NCBI GenBank assembly: GCA_964019425.1
Contig: OZ025780.1
Span: forward strand, 1,116,001 to 1,180,000
Direction: 5' to 3'
DNA length: 64,000 bases
DNA from: Flectonema sp. DT1601
Lineage: Eukaryota
This document shows, one piece after another, positions 1 to 9,757 of this stretch. The notes below the pieces were generated by a model. That model saw nothing but the letters and a program-made list of their open reading frames with translations, searched no databases and had not been told where the DNA came from. The translations under genes and the position numbers were made by a program. How positions within the stretch are numbered: the first letter of the stretch is position 1; every line of letters begins with the position of its first letter.

Positions 1-1314
1 TCTTTTACTTTTGAAGGAGAACCAGTACCTTCAGAAAAGGTATTGGTGAGCACGGGGATTACTGGAGGATGTATTTTAGAATTCGGAGAGAGCGGAGAAA
101 CAGCAGCCATCGCATTGTTGGATTCAAAGTATCCAACGGCTGGGATGGAATTAGTTTATGAAGCATCGCGTAACCCAACTGAAACTATGCATGATGAGTG
201 CTTAGAAGCGTTGGCTGTCTCAGGTAGATTCGAAAAACTGCCTGGTTTCATCCACCTCCTTCTCTACATGAAACGATACACCATAGCTAGGAAAGCTTTC
301 TCGAAGAGGGATGTGAATGAGCCTGTGATATCTTCGGGAGGTAGGGTTTTTTTAGTCAACTACACAAATGACTACTTAAGGTACGCAATCGTATTGGACG
401 ACCCGGAGGCGGTCGATCTCGTACTGGGTGTCGGTTATGACATCCAAAAAGTTTTAAAAAGGACTCCAATCGACTTGTTTGCAATCAAAGAGAAGTCTTT
501 ACTAACTCTTCAGATGCTCGACAGAAGAATACCTGAGCTTTGTGGAACTTACCCACGGTGGTGCAATAGAGTTATGGCTGCGGTGGAGGGAGGTAGAGAG
601 GAGAAAATCAACTACACTCTGAGTACGTACAGCGGCAACACTCCTCTCTTTGCTACTGAATCTCTTGTAAGAAAAGTATCTTTCATTGTATTGTTGTCGT
701 GCGTTTCTACACACGAAAAATTTGCATCAAAATTATTTTATTGTGAATTACTGACAGAGGATAATCACCTCACTCTGTTTGAGTTTGTGGATATAAAGAA
801 GTGTTCCTCTGGAAATGTTAAAAAAGTAGCAAAACAACACATCGAAAGCAATCATTACCGAGTAGCTAAGAAGATCATGACAGCAGCTGGACTGGACAAG
901 TGTCAGTCATTCTTCATGGATGTTTTGTTAATAATGTCACAGACTTCCGTTGATATCGCCGAGTGGATTGGGTTGTTTGAAATCGAATTGATGACTGGAA
1001 AGGATATCGACGACGAGGCTGAAAAACGAGGAGTTGATCATCCTCTGATCAAAGCAGCCAGTCAAGGTCAGCTGTCGATAGTTAAATGGTTGTTAGATCT
1101 ATCACCTTCGTGTAATGTTAATGTTCGTAGCGGAGGTAAGATCACAGCACTAATTGCTGCCTCACGTCAGCACGCTCCTGTTGTTAAATTTCTGTTGGAG
1201 CGAAATGCAGATCCAAATCTTAAAACGGAATCTGGTAACACGGCTCTCAGCGCCGCAACGTTCGTCATGAACGTTGAGATCTGTTCTCTTCTTTCTTCAG
1301 TTGATGCCAAGTAG
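1..1314 (+). CDS. Protein with C-terminal ankyrin repeats (5'-partial; frame is open from base 1)
   Basis: Ankyrin motifs HPLIKAASQGQLSIVKWLL, GKITALIAAS...VVKFLLERNADPNLK and GNTALSAA. No stop in frame 1 between bases 1 and 43. Confidence 0.8.
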   Translation, partial: SFTFEGEPVPSEKVLVSTGITGGCILEFGESGETAAIALLDSKYPTAGMELVYEASRNPTETMHDECLEALAVSGRFEKLPGFIHLLLYMKRYTIARKAFSKRDVNEPVISSGGRVFLVNYTNDYLRYAIVLDDPEAVDLVLGVGYDIQKVLKRTPIDLFAIKEKSLLTLQMLDRRIPELCGTYPRWCNRVMAAVEGGREEKINYTLSTYSGNTPLFATESLVRKVSFIVLLSCVSTHEKFASKLFYCELLTEDNHLTLFEFVDIKKCSSGNVKKVAKQHIESNHYRVAKKIMTAAGLDKCQSFFMDVLLIMSQTSVDIAEWIGLFEIELMTGKDIDDEAEKRGVDHPLIKAASQGQLSIVKWLLDLSPSCNVNVRSGGKITALIAASRQHAPVVKFLLERNADPNLKTESGNTALSAATFVMNVEICSLLSSVDAK

Positions 1315-2080
1315 TACTGGTGTCGAAGACTTTTTGGATTCATTTTTTTTTTTTTTTTTTTTTTTTTTTTGCACTTTCTTGCGGTATAGGTCACATCTTT
1401 ATTTTGAAAATTGAAACCTCGATGAAGACGCTACGAGGAACTAAAGTGTTCACGTGATGCGGTTTACTTTTTATTTAGCATACTAATACAACATAAGGAT
1501 CACTGAGTACCTTCTCACCTTCACTCAAAATAATAATAATAATCCTTTTTATTTTTTTAGTGTCCCTTCAGGTTGGTTTGTCTCTCTAACCTTCACTAAT
1601 TAACCTGGGTCTTGTTGTTATAAATTGTGTATTTTTTTTTTTTTTTTTTTGTTTGCAACTTACTTTGCAACAGAAGTTAAGCTGAACATGAATTGAGTTT
1701 TCTTTTCAATTAATTATTATTATTATTATTTTTTTTTTTTTTTTGTATCCGTAGTCGGAAAAAGAAGAATTCAGATTGAAAAAGACCGTTATTTCTTAGG
1801 ATTCTGTCTGCGTTCAAACAAAATATAATTATCAAATCTGAATAAGGTTTTTAGACTATAGACACTCAGTTTGTCAGAGCTTGAGAACATGGGGCTTCCC
1901 ATTGTTGGGGGAGCCATTCTTCGGTTCGTATCACACAAGCAAACAAACAAACAAAAAAAAAAAAATACTGTGTTGGCTTTTTAAGGTAGTTTCTTACATT
2001 TAATAAATATAACAAATTCGACAACGTAATCTCCTCTTTTACTACAACGCCAGGGTCAAGATCAGGGTAGGGGTGGCATT

Positions 2081-3730
2081 ATGTTGAATATCTACAGCGC
2101 TCGCCACCGGAGCCTGTTTCTAGTTGGGGCTCTTTTTTTGTTGGTCTTCTTCTTTTGGAACGTACTCGCTACGGAAGATCGGGCAAAGACAAAAAAGGGA
2201 TCGGACTTGAACAGAAGAAAGAAGCTTCACAGCATGGCTGTTGGTATCAAAGAGTTGGCAGAAGATGTACAGAAATTGAGTGAAAATCGCAATAAAGTTA
2301 TTGTTCACGATGACCCCGATAGTAATAATAATAATAATAACAATAACGACAACAACAACAAGAAAGTTTCCTCCGAAAAGGGTTCCGACGATGACACGTT
2401 CACTGCTGATGCTGATGGTGGCTACGTAGTGTCTTTGGAAAGAGCTCTTGCTGTTCACAAAAAGAAATCTTCTGCTGATGTCGATGAGTCGTGTGAGAGT
2501 ACAAAAGACTTTCAGGTATGTCGCTGACGATGGTTTATTTTTAGTTTGTTTTTTTATTTGACATCAATCGAAACATAACCAAAACAGTCTTCCAAACTTT
2601 TCCACGACTTTGTAGCTCCACGAAAGGGTGGCTGGGTCCCACCTGGTTCAGAAAACGATAAAGATGAAAACGGTCACTGTGACCCTTTCAACTTTAATCC
2701 AACAACTGAGGAAAAAGAGAAGTGTGTTAAGTACCTTGAAAACAAGTCGAATTGGAAGTATTTACGACCAATGAATTCCGTCTTGTCAGAAGCGAGGACT
2801 ATAAAATTTATGATCCAATACTACGATCCGCAAGTCAAGGCTATCGTAAAGATGCCTCAATTTAAATTTATTGTCGAACCCTACAGTGAGTTCGCTTCGT
2901 ATGTTGCGGACAACTTGCTTGGCATCCATCGAGTTCCCGCCACCGCTTGGGTACCAATTCAACTGAGTTGGTTCAGAGCGAGTATGAGTGTAATTATGCC
3001 AGATGTTTATGTTCAGTGGGTCGAGTGTTTTATTTTTAGGAGAAAGGAGCTGAAGGGTTCAATCAAAAAGTGGGAGTCAACCCCAGGCGAGTTATCGCTT
3101 CATGTTAGCATCCAGCTGTGGATGAAAGGAGTGAAAGAGTTATCGAAGACTTCTGTAAAACTACCTCACAAGTTACTTGATAAGTTATTTCATCCTGGTG
3201 AACCTCTCAAGGAGTTGTCTTCTATGGAGAAGTGGGCTATCACTGAGACGAGTGACTTGCAAGTTTTCGATCACATAATTGGAAATAACGACAGAACACT
3301 TCACAAAAATGCTTTTGCAGTAGGAAATTGTGATAAACCACTTTGGGTGTGCAGTGGATCTGATACTTCAAAGTATCCCCGAATGGTATTTCTTGATCAA
3401 GGGTCTTCTTTCTATTCCTCAGGTAAGAAACCAACTCGTGTTTCTGTCTTTGATCAAGGTTCTAAAGTCTGCCAAATACGCCGCCGAACATTTACAGCAA
3501 TCAACTCCTTGAAGGGAACGGTTTTCACTGAGAAGGCGAAGGAACTAATTCCTTCGAAGGGGTTTTGGAATCACTGGCAACCATGGCAACTAGAGGGTGG
3601 GCAAGCTAGGCTTAATTCTCTTGTTGAGCATTTTGAAAAGTGTTTGGAAAAGTTTAGAGATGATATTTACCTGCAGGAAGTTGAGGACGAGACCAACTCA
3701 GGGAGTGAAGACGCTTCTGAGGCAAACTGA
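2081..3730 (+). CDS. Golgi/secretory-pathway kinase of the Fam20C/four-jointed/FAM198-like family; join(2081..2515,2588..3730)
   Basis: N-terminal type II membrane anchor. A 72-nt intron (GTATGT at 2516 ... AAAACAG at 2587, phase 0) joins the two ORFs in frame. Motifs EFASYVADNLLGIHRVPAT, DLQVFDHIIGNNDR and VFLDQG match this kinase family. Confidence 0.8.
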
Positions 3731-4671
3731 ATTCCTACATAAGTTGTCAAGTGAAGGCAACATGGAACTTCTTAGTAAACTTACACTGTCAGGTTGTGCA
3801 GTTTATTATTATTCAGTTGCTTAATAGAATTAATATAAGCTTCGCACCTTGTGAGTCTTTCACTTATATTCATCTTCTGTCAGGTCATTACTAAATTCGA
3901 ACCTTGTCTGGTGCAGATAAACATCCACTCACTCGAAGGCTCTCATAATGTCCTTTGAGATTATAAACGTTTTTAATTTTAACAGCAGCTTTAATATAGT
4001 CAGGTCAGCGACTGTGAAATAGCAAAAATGTTTTTGTGTTCGTAAAGGGTTTTCTGATTTCTGAGTAGCAGCACCGAGTCCTATGAAAGTGATTCTTTAA
4101 CCCTATTTTTGTTCTTCACCCCTCAAGAAAGGGATTATTGTTAGAGATTTCTTTCATAGACAATACACTACTGATTTGTTCTCTCTTCCCCAGAAGGCAG
4201 TACTCATATGCAATCACTCATTATAACTTAGCCATGTTAACAGGAGCGCGAAGACTTATAAAGTTCAAAATGAAGCTCTACATGGTGAAGTGAAGAACCT
4301 ACAAGACATTATTCTTCGTAAAACACAAGAAAGTGATGACACATTCACTGAGAACACACAACAGGCAAAGTTATTATGTAAAACAACAACTGAAGGATAA
4401 AAATTATCAACGGAAAACGCTGCACTACAAAATGATGTTTGCGACCATATAGTTATCCAACCCCCACGTGGTATTTGAATCATGCGAATTACAAAATTAT
4501 TTTTATCTAAATGAGGGCCTCGATCTGTCCTTCCAGGTCTGGGATTAGTATTTATCATTGTGCTTGTATCTTTTGTATTTTATTTTCTTAACACATATGT
4601 GTGTTCTTTGCAAGCGTAGCAACTTCCTGTCACTTTATTGTCTATCAGTTCTTGTGGAGCAAAAATAAAAA

Positions 4672-4902
4672 ATGATTTGTCCGCTGTTGGTTGCCTTGCT
4701 GTGGATCACATCACTAGCGAATGCGATGACTCCGACGGTTGCCCCTGTAACTGAAAAGGGAGTGCGGATTGCTGAAACTCAAGATCCTGCTTATGAAGCA
4801 GAGATAGCCACCCTATCGACAGGAGATGTTGTGGTTGTGTGGTTCGATTCCGCCCTGTTCCAAGAGCAGAAGATTCAAAATCATAGGCACGAACAGCCTT
4901 AA
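4672..4902 (+). CDS. Short signal-peptide ORF, probably a truncated secreted-protein gene next to the retroelement cluster
   Basis: Hydrophobic signal peptide MICPLLVALLWITSLANA, an A-rich ATG context like the real genes here, and an IATLSTGDVVVVW repeat-like segment. The ORF ends early. Confidence 0.35.
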   Translation: MICPLLVALLWITSLANAMTPTVAPVTEKGVRIAETQDPAYEAEIATLSTGDVVVVWFDSALFQEQKIQNHRHEQP

Positions 4903-5053
4903 GGCCAGTGACCATTGTTGATTGTTAGGTGACCTTTTTCTTGATGCAGAAGACAATGTGGAAAGGAGAGGGAGCAGGAATGGTTGTGTAGCAGTCTCTT
5001 ACTGTCTTATGATGGCTGACTGATAACATCCCGGGTTTACGGGGAACCGCTCG

Positions 5054-5363
5054 GCATTCTCAGTGAAGTACTGTTGAAAGGAAAAGTAATAAAAGAGAGT
5101 CTGATAAAAACAATCACACATATTAACCACGTAACAAGATACTAACATCATAAGGCTCATGTCGTCCAAGCTTTCCCATTTTCTCAGCTGAAGAAATTGA
5201 TGGTGAGAAAGACAAATGGGACCAACTTAAATCAATGAAAAGGTAAATATTATAAGTCAGTGCTGGGCATTCTCAGTGAAGTACTGTTGAAAGGAAAGTC
5301 ATAAAAGAGTCTGATAAAAACAATCACAAGCCACATGTCATCTAAGCTTTCCCATTTTCTCAG
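5054..5363. repeat. Imperfect direct repeat (about 5054-5188 and 5267-5363)
   Basis: GCATTCTCAGTGAAGTACTGTTGAAAGGAAA...GTCTGATAAAAACAATCACA and AAGCTTTCCCATTTTCTCAGC each occur twice. Confidence 0.8.
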
Positions 5364-5544
5364 CCCAGGAAGAAAGTTGGAACCAAAATTTGCTTGACAC
5401 CCAAAGCTTGTGCCATGCGACAACAAACTATTCTGGGTAGGCAATTCCCAAGTTCTTCTGCATGAAACTTCCCTATTCTTTCATTAATAACCGGTCAAGG
5501 CTGAAGCATTGAGGTGTCAGTGTCTCTCGAACAGGGATCAGGTT

Positions 5545-8500
5545 AACCTTCGTATCATCATCGAGGGAACAGCAAATCAGCGCGCACAACAGCAAAGTTA
5601 CAACCAGAACCCATGGAAAAAGAGCCAGATGAAAAAAGTAGATCATCTGTTTGCCAAACCATCACAGCACCGGCACAGAAGAAGTTACGGGCAACAACGA
5701 GGCGGCCGTCTTAGACACTCGCCGCTGTCCAACTTCCACCATCGAAGCGAAAACGTGCAACACCGAAACAAGCGAAACTTCGATGGTATTGACTGGAAGT
5801 TATATGAGAAGAGCTGCAATAGGCAAAGGTTGTCTTTCATAAGAAAAAACCTCTCTCATCGTAAAATCCGCGGAAAACAACCAGGACTTCGAACTTGCGG
5901 TGTAATCTATGCACTGTTTAGACGCTCCGACGGCAAAGTAATATACGTCGGCCAGGCAGCTAACTCAGCACTGGAGCGAGCGCAGTCCCACTGGTACCAG
6001 GCAAAGAAGTGGTCACGTGACAGAAGGCAGAACGAAAATCGTCTGATGCAATACCTGTCGCAGGAAAGGCTACCTCCACTAACAATCCCACTCGAGAAAA
6101 TCCCAAGCAATCATTACCACAATGCTTCGGACTTCTACAGAGCTGCTGCCCCTCGAGAGCAGCATTATATTAATAGTTTTGGAAAACTTCTAAATGTGAG
6201 AGGTTATTACTCACCAAAGCTAAGCTCTCAACGATCGAGAAAACACCAAAACCGCCCGCCACGCCCTGTTCGCCAACAGCAGATGCCATCTTTCAAGTCA
6301 CAGAATGTATACGAGCAGAACAGGTTTTATTTCAGTGAAGTTAACGATGATGGCGAGGACTTTGAATTATTCCAACAATCAAAACCAACCGCAACAATTA
6401 CATTAGAAAATGGTGTGTCATTTGAAGTTGAGACTTCCTACAAATGGTTGCCATCGAAGCTCAACTTTTTATTTGCTATGCCTGAAGACGAATTTTCGAA
6501 CTACGACTTTACTCGTTGGCAAACAAATACAACTACAAAGGTACTTCAATTCCTTCGTTCTAATTTCCACCAAGAACGTTACACAGCCCGTGTAAAGTAC
6601 CTCGAGAGCTGCTTTATGGAAAAATTGAACCCAGCAACACTACGCCGTCAAAAACAAAAAGGAAGCAAACAGCTACTGGCTTAAACTGAACGTCAGCCAC
6701 AAGGCCTTAGATAGATTGAATCTAGGAGCAATTCTACACAGTGACGAAGTTAAGGCAGTCTGTCCAAATTTAAAAACCTTAAGCAGAACTAGAATCTGTC
6801 ACAAACTGGGTACAACTGTAGGAGATATTGTATTAAACGCCACTTCTGTTGGGAATGGATGCGATGAACCCCTCTGTTCACCATGTCCCTGTTGTACTCT
6901 CGTTCCAGGAAGTATTAAATTCGATGGCCACGCCTGCGGTCTAGCAGTAAATCTTCCCGTATCTGCCGAATTACGAGTTTGCACGAGGACAGAAATTCAG
7001 AGTTCCAAAGCACCCCGCTGCAACAATGGGCTCGCTCGAAAGCGACATAGCAGTTTACGTAGATAAAGCTTACAGAAACACCACTGACGATATTAAACTT
7101 CGCTTCAAAAACGTAATTCTTAAGCATCTCCACACCAAACTAAGCCGAGACCTTTCATTCCTTGACTCCCCGCTGTCAAACAAGGCTCTCAAAGAACTTT
7201 CTTCACTACAAAATTCGATGGTTCTCTTAAAAGTAGACAAAGGACAACATGATATTGGTTTCATCTGTAAATCCTTCTACCTGAGTCTCCTCAGCAAACA
7301 ATTAGGAGGTCCAGCCTATCAACAATTGAAAGCAACAGAGGAAATCACTCTAGCCTTCTTAGCTGAGAATAATAAAATCTTAGGAAACAAGCATGCAGAT
7401 AGACTACCACATCTCTACGGCATGATTAAATTGCACAAGTCAGCTATTGGGATGAGATGGATTTCGGGAGCCTCTTCACTCACAGGAACGGAGAAGCAGC
7501 GTCAATTAGACAAGGAGCACAAAACGGCACCCGCAACAGCCACAACACACGCCCATCTGCATCTATCAAGTATTCTTAAAAATGTGATGGCTCTACTAAA
7601 AGAAAAAGATATGAATTCAAAATACAAACGTTATTGGATAGTCGAATCTGATAAAGACATAGCTGCTGATATTAAATTAAACGCAACTCGACTAAAAGGC
7701 CTATCTCCCAAGACACACGACTTCACTACGATGTATACACGACTACCCCACCAGGAGATCAAAGATAAAGTGAATGAAGCAATTAAAGAAGCATTCGAAT
7801 TCAAGAATATTATGCGACTCGAATCTAATGACCCTGCGACCTACCGTGCTTTATCACAGTTGGAATGTAGAGCGCTTTTGTGTGGATAATTCTCTAATTT
7901 CAATGGGAGGAAAACTATGGAGACAAGTAGTTGGCATTCCCATGGGCGGCAACGCAAGTAGCGATATAGCTAATCTCTACTGTTACAGAATCGAATCTAA
8001 ATTTATGGATGACCTTGTAACAAAAGGAGAGTTAGATTTAGCACGCAAACACGACTACTCTTGCCGGTACATAGACGATTTCCTTACATGGAACTGCAAC
8101 CCACCACCAGCAGAATTATACTCCATGAACTACACCGAGACCTCTAATGGTATTGATGATGTTTCATACATTGGAATTAGAATCCGAATCGAAACCACCA
8201 GATCAAACAACAGGTGGATACGTCTAAGCGTTAACGACAAGGCGCGTGGTTGGCATATCATACCAACAAGATTCACCCACCAGCACTCAGCTGCTCAAGA
8301 ATCGATGGGTACTGGTATCTTCACCACCATGCTCCTACGAGCACTCAGAATCTGTAATAATCAGGCAGATCTTCTACAAGAGCTCGAGTTCGTAACATAC
8401 AGACTACTCAACCGAGGATACAAGTTTAAGAACCTCGCAGTAGCTTGTCACAGCTTTATCAACTTATATATTGACGATGGCAATGTTGCAGCTGCAATTC

Positions 8501-9465
8501 GAAGACGACTAAATATTACTTCCGAAAAGTTTAATCATGGTATCCCTGTAAGCGACGAAAAAGATACCATTAATCATAAAAGTTCCACACTTCACACCTT
8601 AGACAAACGATTCCCAATACAATCACATCAATCTTCAGGGGAAGGTCTAATCGGAGGTGAGTGTGGATGGGCATCGCTGAATTTTGTTGCAGACCATCTT
8701 TATCTTGACCGAATTAATTTCAGCTATTTGCAAGAACTACAACAAACATTCTACGAAGAACATCAAAAAGTAGAACCTGGCAGCAACGAGCAAAAACCAT
8801 CCCCGGATGGCTGGTTCTCTTTAACCGTTCTGGGGGTAGCAAGTAAACATAAACTCAACAGGGAAATCCACCAATATGTTTTTGTTGCAGACCATCTTTA
8901 TCTTGACCGAATTAATTTCAGCTATTTGCAAGAACTACAACAAACATTCTACGAAGAACATCAAAAAGTAGAACCTGGCAGCAACGAGCAAAAACCATCC
9001 CCGGATGGCTGGTTCTCTTTAACCGTTCTGGGGGTAGCAAGTAAACATAAACTCAACAGGGAAATCCACCAATATGTAGATCCCAGTTCTATGGACTACC
9101 CAACAATAGCCGCCGCATTCATTTTAAACAAAGCTGGTGCTAGAATGTCACACTACATGGTGGCCCTTGTCTCCTTTGATTCCATTATTGTTAGAGACAT
9201 TCTCAAAGGAGCGACAGACCGACGATTATCATTCGACCATTTTGACAGACATTTTAAACGCCCAGAATATTGTTTTCACATGATTTTAAAAAAGACTCTG
9301 CAGGATAATAATAATGATAACGACTGTACCATGGCACCCTCGAATGAAGGAATTCTACTCCTCACCAACACTAAGGAAAAGCGCAAGAAAGACGACTACA
9401 GCTCCGATGAAGGAGAACTCGCACTCGTAATAAAACGAACAGATGTAGAAGAGATAGAACGCTGA
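5545..9465 (+). pseudogene. Frameshifted EN-RT-protease polyprotein ORF of PLE family A (pieces 5509-6684, 6716-7066, 7026-7889, 7774-9465)
   Basis: Successive overlapping ORFs align colinearly with family B. The breaks are small indels or short deletions, some in homopolymer runs. Confidence 0.85.
8683..9078 (+). repeat. In-frame 198-bp tandem duplication (66 aa) inside the protease-like domain
   Basis: FVADHLY...EIHQYV occurs twice with essentially identical DNA (8683-8880, 8881-9078). Family B has one copy. Confidence 0.95.
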
Positions 9466-9511
9466 TCAAAAGCAAATATATGCTAGCCCGTCCTGGCGAG
9501 CTCCGATGGAC
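9463..9511 (+). ncRNA. Conserved cis-acting junction/pseudoknot RNA starting at the PLE stop codon (family A)
   Basis: Hairpins AGCA/TGCT and GCC/GGC. Loop GTCC is complementary to downstream GGAC, and family B has ATCC/GGAT (compensatory change). Confidence 0.6.
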
Positions 9512-9578
9512 ATTAAGAAATCAGTTCTTTTGAAATAGACCAATTGATGGATCCGATTTATTATTTAACTGGAATGAA

Positions 9579-9644
9579 GTCCTTAGAACTTACTGATGAA
9601 GGCCTAAGAGGGACAAGTAGTATAAGATTAAGGCCTGAAACTAC
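9579..9644 (+). ncRNA. Hammerhead ribozyme, non-circularly permuted (family A)
   Basis: CTGATGA at 9593-9599 and GAAA at 9637-9640. Stem II AGGCCT/AGGCCT (9600-9605/9631-9636), stem III GTAGT/ACTAC (9617-9621/9640-9644), stem I CTTA/TAAG (9589-9592/9623-9626). Predicted GUA cleavage after 9622. Confidence 0.85.
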
Positions 9645-9757
9645 GTATTCCACAGTGTATTATGGAACAGCAGAACAATGTGTTTTTATAACTTTTCTTT
9701 TTTATATTTTATTTTAGTGCACTTTTTTATAACAAACTCATATTCTAACTACTAGCC

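Larger units (their letters stand above)
5545..9754 (+). mobile_element. Penelope-like retroelement, family A copy 1 (N-terminal GIY-YIG, RT, Josephin-like domain, 3' UTR with ribozyme)
   Basis: GIY-YIG (GVIYAL...IYVGQA...ERAQSH...EQHYI...LLN) and PLE-RT motifs KVDKG, KLHK, DFTTMYT, GIPMGGNASSDIANLY and RYIDD (8068-8079). Homology to copy 3 begins at about 5545. The element ends in CTAACTA. Confidence 0.92.

Noticed and set aside
9574..9616. SECIS element or selenocysteine readthrough of the terminal TGA (some Naiad PLEs encode selenoproteins)
   Set aside because: ATGA...AA is present, but the 3' arm lacks the GA needed for the non-canonical quartet, and the sequence is explained by the ribozyme. 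The internal ORF breaks are indels, not in-frame TGAs.
9637..9650. Conventional type I minimal hammerhead using GAAACTACGTATTC as stem III
   Set aside because: The TACGTA palindrome is not kept in family B (TACATA) and no stem I partner follows. The internal GTAGTA-TAAG strand satisfies stems III and I in both families.
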